Shown one piece after another: positions 43,601 through 57,339 of a DNA stretch of 64,000 nt (its first letter is position 1; each line of letters starts with the position of its first letter). Both the position numbers and the translations under genes were made by a program. The notes under the pieces are model-generated. The model saw only the letters and a list, made by a program, of their open reading frames with translations, was not told where the DNA came from and ran no database searches. This DNA is from Eledone cirrhosa. Its lineage: Eukaryota. The stretch covers positions 68,572,001-68,636,000 of the forward strand of contig OZ024740.1 of NCBI GenBank assembly GCA_964016885.1, written 5' to 3'.

Positions 43601-44570
43601 AGTCTTTCCTAAGCAGCACTGCCACCCCACCTCACATTCCCGGTCGTCTAAGCGGGGCGAAGATCTGTTAGTCATCAAAACTGGGCTAGTGTGCGCGTGT
43701 GGGAATCCTGGTTTCACTGACGCATGTTACATCCATATCTACCACGCAGCAAGTGAACCTTGCTTTCATGACGAAACCAAGCCACGAACATGTATGCAAC
43801 CTATCTCTTAAGATAGCCATGTTTATTGGATGATCAACAGAGAAAAAAAGGGAGGTCTTACGTACCCTCAGTGCTGTGCTGGTGATTGGGTGATTCGAAC
43901 TCCGTATCTGGTGAGATTTCGTTTGGGAGCCCCTTTAAAAGCCTACTCAGGGCTTTTATGTTCGGTGTTTCCACGTCATTAGGGAATCATTCCCTAATGG
44001 CTTTGTAAGAATCTAGCGAGCTTCGAGTCATCCTTATTTTTTCAGGTACTCTAAATATACTGATGCCAAATATTCCCCCTCTTTCTCAATCTCTTTACGT
44101 CGTGTTTTGAGTTCCATCAGTTCTTTGTTATCCCTTAATACAAGCACGATGTTTTGTATATGTGGTGTTCTTTGCTGTTGGTTTTCTGTGTTCATGTGGT
44201 GTCTTTTAATGGTGATTGGTTGTGGCTATAGTTGAGTTAATGGTGGTGTCGATGAAGATTCTGTTTTCAGTTGCGAAGATAGTAGTGTCGTTGCACATGT
44301 GGTTGTGTTTAGTGTTCTTTTCTTTTTTGTAGTTTCTGGAGTACAAATTGGTGTCTGCGAGAGTGTTGTCTGATTGTTTGTGTGTGTCTTTTTTTAATGT
44401 TGGGTACTTGGGTTTCCTCTTCTCCTTGAATGAGGAGCTACATGTGTCAGATGATGGTGGAGTTGCAAATATGTTTGTGGCATTGTGTGTGCGTATGTAT
44501 GTGTGCCGTTAGATCATGTGGAGAAGGAGCGCTTTCTTGAAATTATATAAACAGGATGTGGTGTATTAAA
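40615..44570 (-). mobile_element. Decayed L1/Tx1-like LINE (APE endonuclease plus RT), ~4 kb
   Basis: Minus strand gives DMDVTCVSETRIP (43701-43739), GAFRLVAIYAP (43491-43523), DNFKPINILSTESKMLANVL (42271-42330), NLDQSKVVYWVEH, SEPFQITRSFR and ADDITV (~41856-41874); (ATT)n-type tail at ~40615-40648; many stops. Confidence 0.88.
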
Positions 44571-45157
44571 GGGAGGATAGTACTAATAAGTTTCTTATTT
44601 AGGCACAAGATAATATACTAGGAGCTGGAAGATGTTAAAGTCGATTAAATTAACTGTAATACTTGGATATTACTTTATTTTATTGACCTCCGGAACACAT
44701 CGTTTACGTCACGTTTTCAAAACTACAATAGGAACAATATTTGTACGGCAAGTTATGACAACAGAGAGCAATTATATAAACACTAAGCAGTGTTCATAAT
44801 TTTACTCATACTTGAACAAATAGCCCTGCTTGGTATTGTACATCGTAAACAACGTACTTATTACTAATAATATAAAACAAAACATATGCTACACTAGCAG
44901 CCAATATTATAACACAATGCATGAAGTATATTATTTAAACCATCCCCACTAATGAGCAACACTCATATTCTTACATAATAGACATCCAAAACTAATATAT
45001 TCCACACAGCGCCTCTGTGCTTAGTAATCTAAAGCAACTCCTAACGAATATAACCTACTGTGCATAATCCTGCCCCAGATTATATAACACATAAAACAAC
45101 CTACATCGAATACGAATATTATCATGAACCAAAGTTATACTGAAAGCTCACATTAAA

Positions 45158-45423
45158 CATATATTACAAAACAAATAGACGAAACTCTAAAATAACATAT
45201 ATAAAGGATATTAGATATATTTATCATGTTGTAGAATCTTACCAACTGTACACGAAGGTTTAAATTATGTTAAGAAATAAAAAAAAACTACATATATTAC
45301 AAAACAAATAGACGAAACTCTAAAATAACATATATAAAGAATATTAGATATATTTATCAGGTTGTAGAATCTTACCAACTGTACACGAAGGTTTAAATTA
45401 TGTTAAGAAATAAAAAAAAACTA
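45158..45423. repeat. ~132-bp near-perfect tandem duplication
   Basis: catatattacaaaacaaatagacgaaac..gaaataaaaaaaaact occurs twice. Confidence 0.93.
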
Positions 45424-45570
45424 CTCTTATAATTATACATTCGAACAGACACTTTTGTAGATATTTCGGAAACACCCGGCTATATACCCACCGACGGAAC
45501 TAATGTTTATGTAATGATGAAGTGCAAATATGCATTAATTTATTGGGAACATGATAAAAATTGCTACAAA

Positions 45571-45928
45571 TGATTGTTTCTACTTTAGGTACAAGGCCAG
45601 CAATTATCCCAGTGCATTGCTCGTGGTTTATTTTATCGACCCCGTAAGGAAGAACGAGAAAGTTAACCTCTGCCGGATTTGAACTCAGAACATAAAGCGC
45701 GATAAATCTGTGCTGCAATGATGTCTGACGTTCTATAAAAAATAGCTACAAATACTTGTTTCTACTTTTGGCATTAGGCCTGCAATTATCACATTGCGCT
45801 TTATTTTATCGACCCCATATGGATGAAAGGCAAAGTTAATCTCGGTGGGATTTGTACTCAGAACGTAAAGTGCCATAACTCTATGCTGCAAAGCATGGTG
45901 TCTGATGTTCTACCGATAATGCCAATCG
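45571..45928 (-). mobile_element. Two tandem SINE copies
   Basis: 45571-45735 and 45755-45928 match the SINE family. Confidence 0.85.
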
Positions 45929-46915
45929 ACGAAAGTGACGCTCTTTCTTTATTTTCTATCGAATTATACTTTTAATAATTCAAAATGTTAATGTCTTGAA
46001 AAATAAACAATGAATAATATATATGGTCAATAGCGCTTACATTATGGACCATTGTAGCTAAACCAACACGTTAGAAATGATCGGTTTGTAGAGTATTCTA
46101 ATTACTTTCTAGTTTTAATCGTTTTTCTGTGAAAATTCTAACAGGAAAAAATGACCCACAAGAGCAGTTTCAGTAAAGGCTTTTTCTCGAATCGCTTATT
46201 AGATTATAACATATCTCTTGTGGATTAATATTATTAGAAAATTATAAGCTAGAGTGTCATACATCAGTAGAGGTAGAATAAACTATTATTATCTCACTGA
46301 TAATTCTTTTCATCGTGTTTCGTTAAAAGCCAATTACTAAAGTAAATTCATCGTAAAATATTAATGCAATTTCTCTGTTTTTCTCTGATTACTTTAGGAT
46401 ATAACAAGCGATCATATATCAAAGGTGCAGTTATTTTCATAGTTCAATTAAATATTTACTAGTTCATAAATATAAAAGTGAAAATATTTTCTTCCATGAA
46501 GAAACGGTAATTAATATTGCACAAATTATCTTGTCACCGTACAGCATTACAGTGTTTCCTGAGATGCAAAGTCATTTTGTCTTGTGACATTCTTGTGGGA
46601 CATACGAATGTATTATCATAGAGCAAAATGATCGTTCAATATATATATTTCAAGAAGTACAAGATACCACATCAATGGTTGAAGATATGCCTACTTCTGC
46701 TAATAGGAATGACTGGAACACAAGCTCAGCTACCTATTGGTGAAACCATGCAACCTACACGATATATACGATATATATATATAACGAAGGAATTGTGGTA
46801 AGGAACCAGATGGATCATAACGCACCAGAGTACTCAATACTTAGGGTGGAAGAGTGGGTAATAGAAAAAGTATGACCCCTATATATATATATAAGGGATC
46901 TCTCTCTCTCTCTCA

Positions 46916-47716
<801 letters not shown>

Positions 47717-48738
47717 AGCTGAGAAATGGGAGTATTTTTGTAAATATATAATAAACACCGGAGAACTGAACTCGAATTAAACCAGCTTTTCTCCACTGAA
47801 ATCAGTATATCATAACAATAATTAAAAATTAAGCAAGAAATAATGAAAATAAATTTCATATGGAAATAATTTAATGAAAGTAATTTAATATAGACGATTA
47901 ACCTATGTATACGGCTAGATGAGAAAAATGTCAATAAGGTATGAACGATGCCAATGAATAGAGCCGAAGATTGAGTTAAAACAGTAATGTTGTCGTTACT
48001 TGATACAAATGTTCTTCTGGTCATGATATGAGATTACATTTCTTTTCATAAAGTGATATTATTCCAGCAAGAGGTAAAATAAATTTAATTAATGTAGAAT
48101 ATCTATCTCTAAACTTCTATGCCTATATCTCAACCATTCTTTCTTCTGCCAATTCTGAAGAAGGGAAATGCAACAGGTGCAGAAATAAATATCTTTAGGC
48201 TTATTTGCCAAGTATTTTTCTTAGTTTTTACCAGTTGAGACAAGTATGCATGATTGTGTGTATGTAAGTACGTATGTATATATGTATGTATGTATATATG
48301 TAAGTATGTGTGTATATATGCATGTATGTATATATGTAAATATTAATATAAGTATGTAGATGTGTTCTATCTTTCTCTTAATTTTGAGTTTATTTTTGAT
48401 CGGCCATCTTCCTGGTGGCAAGGCTGTAAAGAAGAGGAAATCATCATCGTCTCTTGTGTAAGCGTTCATCGTTTGAATCGTAAGTATATCTTACAAATTC
48501 TGAAGTTTCAGATATCTATATGTTTCTTCCGAAGTAGGGAGCGACTTTCTTTCTCCACAAATCCACATTTAGATTTAATTTGATCCAAGTGGATTGGTAT
48601 ATAATTTATAGCTCCATGATACGGACATGCAGTTGAAGGTGTATCTTGCATACTGGATCTGCAATCTCTTTATCAATGGTCTATAAATATCCTCTTTTTC
48701 TTGCATTTTTCTTAGATAACTGGCATTAAATGTGCATA

Positions 48739-48887
48739 TGCAGCATAGAGTTACGGCCTTTTACGCTCTGAGTTCAAATCCCACCGAGGTTAACTTTGGC
48801 TTTCATCCTTACGGGGTAGATAAAATAAAATAGAAATAATGCACTGGGATAAAAGCTGGCCTTGTGCCAAAAGTAGAAACAATTATT
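48739..48887 (+). mobile_element. tRNA-derived SINE, 5'-truncated
   Basis: B box gagttcaaatcc and family tail gtagaaacaattatt. Confidence 0.88.
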
Positions 48888-48954
48888 AATGTTAGAAATA
48901 ACCCATTCGTACATATGTGTGTGTGTGCATGTATATATGCATATATATGTGTGT

Positions 48955-49285
48955 ACGTATACATACTTACATTTATGTATCAACACTGCTAGAGCGAGAC
49001 ATTCTAATTTCATTTCTAATTTTCGGCATGACCAGCCGTAACTCGATCGATATGCAAATGAACCTAAACACTCGGTATATACTTCGAAAAGACTGTATAT
49101 TTTGATCCGTTCAACAGATTGGCAGAGAGGTAAACAGTCCTGACGAAGTGTAATGACCCAGAAACATGTTGATTGTTTCTCGGTGACACTTTTGAACTAA
49201 CGGATGACGATTGGTCATCAAGGCAGAGCACAGCTTTTCTGGGCTGTTTGCTTGCAAACGAATTGAATATTATTATTAAGGTTCT
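48955..49285 (+). mobile_element. Old diverged member of family H3 with HHR at 49132-49178
   Basis: Colinear motifs (gatatgcaaat, tggcagagaggta, tgtttgcttgcaaac) and aaacagtc-CTGACGA-..-GAAA-catg-TT-gattgttt. Confidence 0.7.
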
Positions 49286-49290
49286 ATATA

Positions 49291-49500
49291 GGGCGGTGGA
49301 TTGGCAGTATCGGTAGAGGGTCGGATGCCATGCTTTGCAGCATAGTTTTACGGATCTTTATGATCTGAGTTCAAATCCCGCCGAGGTTAACTTTGCCTTT
49401 CATCCTTTCGGTGCCGATAAAATAAAGTACTGGGGTCGATTCGATCGACTTACCCACCCCCCAATTACTGGCATTGTGCCTATATAAGAAACCATTATTA
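49291..49500 (+). mobile_element. tRNA-derived SINE, subfamily with alternative 3' tail
   Basis: Same head as the others; the tail reads gtactggggtcgattcgatcgacttacc instead of gtaatgcactggg. Confidence 0.88.
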
Positions 49501-49561
49501 ACGTTCTATATAACCCATACGTACTTATGGATATGTATGTGTGTGTGTATATATATATATA

Positions 49562-49642
<81 letters not shown>

Positions 49643-50296
49643 ATATATATATATATATGTATGTGTGTGTGCGTCTATATTTATGTTTGTACATTCGTAC
49701 ATGTTTTTACCATGTGTGCTAGAGCTAGAAATAAAATTCGAATTATATATATATATATATCATTATCTATAAAAGGCAGATTGTTGTTGTTGTGTGTGTG
49801 TGTGTGCCTGTTCCATGTTTATACATTTGCACAATTTCAAACCGATTCGATGTAAAGTCTGTACGAATGTTGTAAATGGTTCAACTTAGAACAACGACTA
49901 TTTAGTTAATTCACACTCACCCACAATTACGGAAATATCGATAAAACTAAATACATGACGCTTTACTCCTCTAATACAATCAGTTTACCTCTCTCTACAC
50001 CTCTTAAAATTCGATAAAACTACATATATACTGCAACTTTCTCTGATATACGATTAAACTTACAAACTTTAAGAGAGGGAGAGAGAGAGAGAACGTTTGT
50101 TTTTGAGTGTGGAACGGTCAAACATTTATTTACTTCAATGACAAAGAGAACTTATTACATTTCATACGAAACAACAATTATTCAAAAGCAACAGATACGT
50201 TTATTCAACAACAACACAAATAGCGATAAATCTTTTTTAAACATCTATCAACGAACGTGGAAGAAAGAAGTATCAGTTCATTTAATATACACAATA

Positions 50297-50480
50297 ATAT
50301 CCTCTATGAGGTCATTAAACCTGCTAGAAACAGCAGCTAACTATCCACCATATCACACCATTCCCTATTGTCTTAAATTTAGAAAACATATCCTCTATGA
50401 GGTTACTAAACCTGCTAGAAACAGCAGCTAACACTCCCCATATATCACTCCTCCCTACTGTCTTAAATTTAGAAAACACA
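50297..50480. repeat. ~91-bp tandem duplication
   Basis: atatcctctatgagg..aaacctgctagaaacagcagctaa..tgtcttaaatttagaaaac occurs twice. Confidence 0.88.
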
Positions 50481-50489
50481 CATTAGACA

Positions 50490-50776
50490 ACCATACCGAA
50501 CAACTCCATCGCAGCTCTGTTGTTCGGCTGCCAACGTCTACGCGCGTGTTGCGCAAGTACTGTGAAACAATAAATTTCAACACTTCTTTTCACAGAGATA
50601 ATATCCATAGGCGAAACTACAATTGTCACTGCTGGCGCAGCTCTTGCTTCGGCAGTCCAGGTCGGCAATTCATTCACCCAGTGCCTGGCAGACAAAAAAG
50701 TGCTGCCATAAAATGGGTGGTGCAACCTAACTTAGGTAACTTACTGGCCCCGAGCAACGCCGGGCTTTAATGCTAG

Positions 50777-50777
<1 letters not shown>
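50490..50777 (-). mobile_element. 5' part of a Helitron/Helentron-type non-autonomous element
   Basis: ccccgagcaacgccgggctttaatgctagt is the reverse complement of the terminus at 54587. Confidence 0.6.
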
Positions 50778-50794
<17 letters not shown>

Positions 50795-50807
<13 letters not shown>

Positions 50808-51190
50808 ACGTACATACATATATGTGTACAGACGCACAGTAGTATGTATATATATATATACATACATGCACACATATATATATGTACGTATGGGTTTACC
50901 GAACATTTATTATAACGTTCGGTTTGTTTGTAAACAAACAGCCCGAAATACGCCGTACAGTGCTCGGCAACCATCGTCGCCCTTTTGTTCAACACTGACA
51001 TATGCAAATTAGGCTTCCTCAGCCGTTAATATGCATGAGAAAAGATAAGATTTAAACTAGTACATCGTTTAATGTGACAGTGTTGAACAAAAGGGCGACG
51101 ATGGTTGCCGAGCACTGTACGGGGTAATTCGGGATGTTTGTTTACAAACAAACCGAACATTATAAAAATGTTCGGTAAACCCATACGTAC

Positions 51191-51233
<43 letters not shown>

Positions 51234-51237
51234 CATG

Positions 51238-51275
<38 letters not shown>

Positions 51276-51380
51276 CTACTGTACGTCTGTACACATATAT
51301 GTATGTACGTATACATACATATATTTTGGTATCAGCCGTACTAAGAGTGAGAAATGAAATTTCGTTTCATCCTTTTCCAT
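50795..51380. mobile_element. Back-to-back inverted pair of family H3 (HHR deleted or decayed)
   Basis: ~50800-51000 is inverted at ~51076-51320; the right arm runs through the monomer end-start junction (gtactaagagtgagaaatgaaatttcg). Confidence 0.87.
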
Positions 51381-51396
51381 TTATATATATATATAT

Positions 51397-51461
<65 letters not shown>

Positions 51462-51470
51462 ATATATATA

Positions 51471-51805
51471 TATTAACAAAAGGAAACTATATTTATAAAA
51501 CCATATTTATTTCATTATACATATTTCAAAGGCCACCAAGGCAGATTATGGTGTGCTTTCATCAGATAAAATATAATATAGATTAGTTTTATAAAACTAA
51601 TCTATATTATATTTTATCTGATGAAAGCACACCATAATCTGCCTTGGTGGCAATTGAAATATGTTTAATGAAATAAATATGGTTTTATTAATATAGTTTC
51701 CATTTGTTAATATATTGTATATTTACTCAAATAATTTGTTGAGTGCTTTATATCAGTTATAAAAATATTTTGCTTGTTGTATCGCAATAAATTAAATATA
51801 ACCTC

Positions 51806-51808
<3 letters not shown>
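51471..51808. mobile_element. Spacer-less 242-bp palindrome (51471-51712) of family H2 with two HHRs
   Basis: Centre gattagtttta|taaaactaatc at 51591/51592, about five mismatches; HHRs at 51508-51573 (-) and 51610-51675 (+), both with CTGATGA and GAAA. Confidence 0.92.
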
Positions 51809-51852
<44 letters not shown>

Positions 51853-53239
51853 GATGATCCGATAAAGCGCATCACATAAAACCCTCGTTAGAATGACAAG
51901 ATGCTAAACCATTATATCACGAACTGCGCACAGTGTATGGACAACCGTACATGTTTTTTGCCCCACAGCGGCCAAAGAATGAAAAAGATGTGATAAAAAT
52001 AAGGGAATATGGTGCGAAGACTGTTAAGACCTTGTAAGCCACTCTTCGCGTGTTAATCCCAAAGTGAGTGTTAATCCCAACGTCACTACCAAGATTTTAG
52101 AAATGGGTAAGATAAGGCAAATTAACTCTGGCAAAGCACCTCCGAAATATGACATTGTGTGTGAATTAATGCACAAGTTTGTGCTATAGTAAACGATATG
52201 TTGCATAATATCTACTAGCAGGTGTGGTTGAAGAAGGCAGTTACATATTACAGGAAGTATAACAATATTTTCTCCCTCTTGAAGATGAGGTCCAAAAGTG
52301 TTTTTGACAACTACCATGTGACTTCTTTAAAATCATTTGTGGTAATGCCTTTGACAGAATTCATCTTAATAGTTTGCTGATGCACGTTGCACCTATGATC
52401 CTGCTGTAAAATCAGCCTGGTTTCCATCCATATATGGGTAATACAGAGAGATAATGTGCTTGCATATATACATGGATGCACATGCACTCTGATGAGATTC
52501 TCCATATTTCTGTATACGCACACGTATTCTTAGGATTAAGGTGCACCTGCACTGTTGCGCTGATTAGTATTGGAGATGATTCAATGATAGGAATAGCCTG
52601 GGTGTGAGACGTGTATACTTTACCTGATACGTGTATGTTTAACGTTATTCTCAAGTTGATTCTAGGTGACAGTTTTTGGCAAGTCCAACTCTTTAAATTA
52701 CAGACCTGAAGCAACTCGAATTAAAATGTCTCGGTGACACACAACGCGCTACCGAAAATTAAACTTGGGACTTAACGATCATAATCTGAACACTCTTACC
52801 CCAAGTTATCGTACGAACATATAAAACCATATTTGACAACTGGGTTGGTTTCGTCTACATCCCAATAGAACAGCTCTGTCTTAAACTTAGAGATAGTGGC
52901 ATTTTCTTTATACATTTTTTTTATTTGTCAGAAACAAATTTGAAAGATATATCAACAAAAGATTATGTCTATATACGTAGAGGAAAAAGAGTACAGTACT
53001 GAACCGAGAGAAATAGAATGAGTGAAAAATAGTGAGGTAGAATGAAGAAAAACCAGTCGTTGTATAGACTTTCGTTAAGAGCTAGTATCAACTAAACACT
53101 GATGTCTAACATTCAAACATTCAATATAGATGTCTCCTCTGTGTGTATGTCTGATTCTCTTTTTCTGAATATACAGTTAACACACAAGCACACACATGCG
53201 CACCTCCACACACACACATATACATATATAATATATGTA

Positions 53240-53389
<150 letters not shown>

Positions 53390-53490
53390 GAGAGACACAG
53401 AGGCACATATACACACACACGCGTATATATATATATATATTATATATGTATGTATTTATATACCTCTATAAACTGATGCTTAGAATGATT

Positions 53491-53522
<32 letters not shown>

Positions 53523-53547
53523 CATAGACAGACAGACATTTAGCTAC

Positions 53548-53657
<110 letters not shown>

Positions 53658-54586
53658 TATGTACGTACATACTCTTGGTTGCTATAGGATAAAAACAAGA
53701 TGTCTCTGGCGAAAACAATGGATGAAGAAACGTGACGTAACTGAAAAACTTGTCAGTCACCAGGAAATATATTGTTCGTCAGAAATTATTTCCTTTGAGG
53801 CTTAGGTAAATCATTATTTTGGCTGTTGAAGGATTATATGAGATTTGCATCAGTCGTAATTTAAAGGAATCTTTCAAAATTTCGAGACAACAGTAAGCAT
53901 TGCTGTCGTCTTATATATATACTCTAGATTAGTTTATGAATTTATAGAGAAAATTGAAAATCTCTACTATTTGTCACTCTTCAAAAACATATTATACTGA
54001 GATAAGTGACAGTAACAACAATCAAATTAATTTATCTTTATTATTGATTTCTAAACACGTGGCTTCAGAATCAATTTCGATTGAAAACAAGGCAGCAATT
54101 TCTCTTCGTATTAAAAAAAGGGAAAATGGACTCATATGATTATATATATTATGCATGTGTATAGTCTCGGTATGAGTATTTGAAGTGTTGATCATATTTT
54201 ATAGCTACCCTAGTATCAAATGTGAGAACACTTTATACACGAATTGTAATAGTATTATCCATTTTCAGCTGTGGCTTTATTATTCTAAGATATATGAAAT
54301 AATTAGAAATTATATATATTTTGTAAACAAGCAATGTTTGTCGGTGATATAATTACATATAGTGCAAGTATAACTAGCTCCTATTAAATATTAATAAAAC
54401 TAACACGGCATGATTTAGAATAACTATGTATATAGACCCATATACAATACTCAGCGAGAATATATTTATTTTTATAATACATAAATGTATAGTAAACGGT
54501 GCTACGTAAACATTTGTTCCCAACCATGCTGTGCTATCACTAATATAATTTAGATAAGTTATACATTAATTTGAATTTTATTGAAT

Positions 54587-55408
54587 ACTAGCAGTAAAGC
54601 CCGGCGTTGCTCGGGGTCGCTCAGTAGCTGTGTTAAAGTTACAATGTTAAGTTTCTTTTTTGGCTTAAAAACTGTAATGTCTACTGTGCAGACTTGCATG
54701 TGGTGTTTTTGATTAATATTCCCTCAACCAACAATATGCCTTATGAAGTTAAGAAAACATAACGATAACCCGAATGTTATAACAAAAGAGGATGCTGGGG
54801 ATAAAAATGGCACTGGTTATTTATTAACAAAGATCGAAAATGTAAACACTGCAACGCAGAGAAAAACATTAGCGTAACCAAATTATCAGTTATGTCTGTC
54901 TGCACGCCTATATCACCGCTCTGCACGACTGTCTGTCTGCACGCCTGAAATATTTGCTTGTTTTACGTAGTCTTTAAATAGACTTGTTTTCAAGTAAAAA
55001 TATTGTTTTAAAATGCTTTTAAATGGAAATGAAGCAAAACGGAAGCTTAGTGTTCGAACTGATGAATTTTGCAGGTAAATATTTTGCTGGCTCGACAACT
55101 GTCTGTTCGTGTATTGTGTTAATGTCATTTTAAACGCTGAGAAAGCCAGCGTAATTTTTTACGTAAGACGCTCAATGTAAACAGAACAAAGGGAAATAAC
55201 TGATAACTTACGCTCAAAAATCGATACATTATATTCGATTTCGTCACATAGGGTGGGTCAATTTGAAATATTTTTTTTCCGATGTCTTCGCTAGGGCTCA
55301 ATGTACAAGTATAGCAATTTCGGTGCAATTCCGTGAGAGATTCTAAGAGGAGATGTGTGCCAAAATTCGATAGACAGACAGACAACCACAGTTTTATATA
55401 TATAGATT
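54587..55408 (+). mobile_element. Helitron/Helentron-type non-autonomous element
   Basis: 5' actagcagtaaagcccggcgttgctcgggg and 3' (gaca)n..ttttatatatatagat. This end architecture is typical of DINE-1/Lep1-like elements; there is no TSD. Confidence 0.7.
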
Positions 55409-55779
55409 AAATGAAACATTTATATGGCCAAACTTAATTAAATATTACCGAAATAATAGACTTTCAGCATGTACTCTCCCCTGCAAAAGAATAGAAATAG
55501 GAAATAGAATTTGCCCTTATTGTATCTGCCCGTCTTGAAACTGTCACTGTTGAAACTGTCCTTGCCATTTTTTCCTATTTCATATCTCAGCAGAACTTAT
55601 TTGTCAACACATTTAATGGGATTCTGTTAGATTGCATGATATTTGATATATACATATGTTTTTTTGTTTAAATATTCTGTTTGCTTTTTATGTTCCTATT
55701 TTAGTAGAACATTAGTTGCAATAGGCTACGTATATATTTTAGTTTAGTTAGCCGTGCAGTTATTGTAAAACTTGTTTAT

Positions 55780-56560
55780 TTTGTTAGTCTGAGTGCAATG
55801 GCAGAGTGCCAATAATTTGTTCACACGTTCCGAGACAGAAGGATAATAAAGAGAGGTTAGCTTGATTAACGTCCATTTTACCTTTTGAAAGAAAGCCAAT
55901 TGGTGTGAAAAATTACTGTGGAATGGACCACAGTGGAAGGAGAACTGATCATAGTTTAGTGTAGGGAAGGTAGAGCTTACAGTAGGAGAATATGACATAT
56001 GCGATAGGAGAGACAGATATATGTGGTAGATATGATGGAATGATGCAAATTCAGATAAATAAACGTTTGTTGTTTTTATGGTTCTGGTGTGAGTTCAGGT
56101 CAGCTCTCATCAAACGTTAGAACAGAAGCATGCAGCTGTTTAAATATATTGGTGGGTTTCGCAGATCTATAATTCTGGAAATACCATAACTTCATCTAGT
56201 ATAAAATCATAGTGTAGTATTGAAATATGTGCATGTTGTTCTCATTTCACTATTCAATCTATTTATACATGTCCGTTTATAAACAGAGGTACGTTGTACG
56301 TTCGGTCGAAATACAAAGGAATAGAGACTGTGAAATAATAATGAGTAGATTATAAAGCAGGTACACGCTTCTTGTATACGGTCTGGATTCATATGCGCTT
56401 CTGCAGTAATACGAATATATTTCTACAGGCAGGTGTAGTAATATCATGTAACCTTTTGAACTTTATAGATTTGCATGTATTTAGTTACTTTCTAAGTCGA
56501 AAGAGAAAGATTTGCGTTAGCCGCAACCGTGGCTATTGAAATAACACCAGAATACGGAAA
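55780..56560 (+). mobile_element. Possible very old BEL/Pao LTR-retrotransposon relic
   Basis: Fragments HVP..EDN, WNGPQW and TGLD-like occur in the expected order but are frameshifted. Confidence 0.3.
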
Positions 56561-57339
56561 TGGGTTACACTCAAACATATGTACCCGTCTCTGTGTATAT
56601 TCTTTTCGGTAAAGACGATGTCATTTCAATATGCAACAAAATGTTCAATGGAAAGGATTTGTATATAGATGAAAGACTTTAAGGAAAATAGCAAATAATA
56701 GAATCTCGTCAGAGGGATTGCACAAAATTCTCAGCGACAAGAATTAAATATTAATGTCTTGATGCACCAAGCGGTAACTATGCACCGTCTCATTTTTTTT
56801 CCAGAACTTTCTTCTTCTCACACATTAACTTTCTATTTTATCTTTTATTTCTAATTCCATCATGTGGGGAAGGACTTTTTCCAAAACGCTAGGACTCTTT
56901 TGCTACTATGCCAAGCGTAAAACCAGTAATATATTTGTTCATTCTACTGTGTTGTTTGCATTGTTATTTCTGATTACTATTTACATATATACATACATGT
57001 ATATACAAGTTTTCAAAGAGAGGAAGAAGAAGAAGGAGAAGAAGAAGATACATATATATGTATAATATATTAATTGTTAGGTAAACATGTCCATAGGCTG
57101 AGTTTGAATATAATTATTAAGGCCGATTATTACAACTGTTACACACCAGGGAGTATTGTACTTTAGCCCTGAGAACACATTTGTTCAACCTGTGCCGATG
57201 AAAATCAACCAGTTCATTGTAATTCTACTTGACACAAGTTGCACTCGTTAGTGCTCATGTCTAACGAAACATACGTACTTGGTATGGCACCGTTGTGTTA
57301 ACCGACCTTAATAATTATATATATATATATATATAGGAT

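Noticed and set aside
44690-45500. A/C-skewed region resembling a PLE remnant (also 1600-2700)
   Set aside because: The composition is suggestive, but no convincing RT, GIY-YIG or HHR motif could be read.
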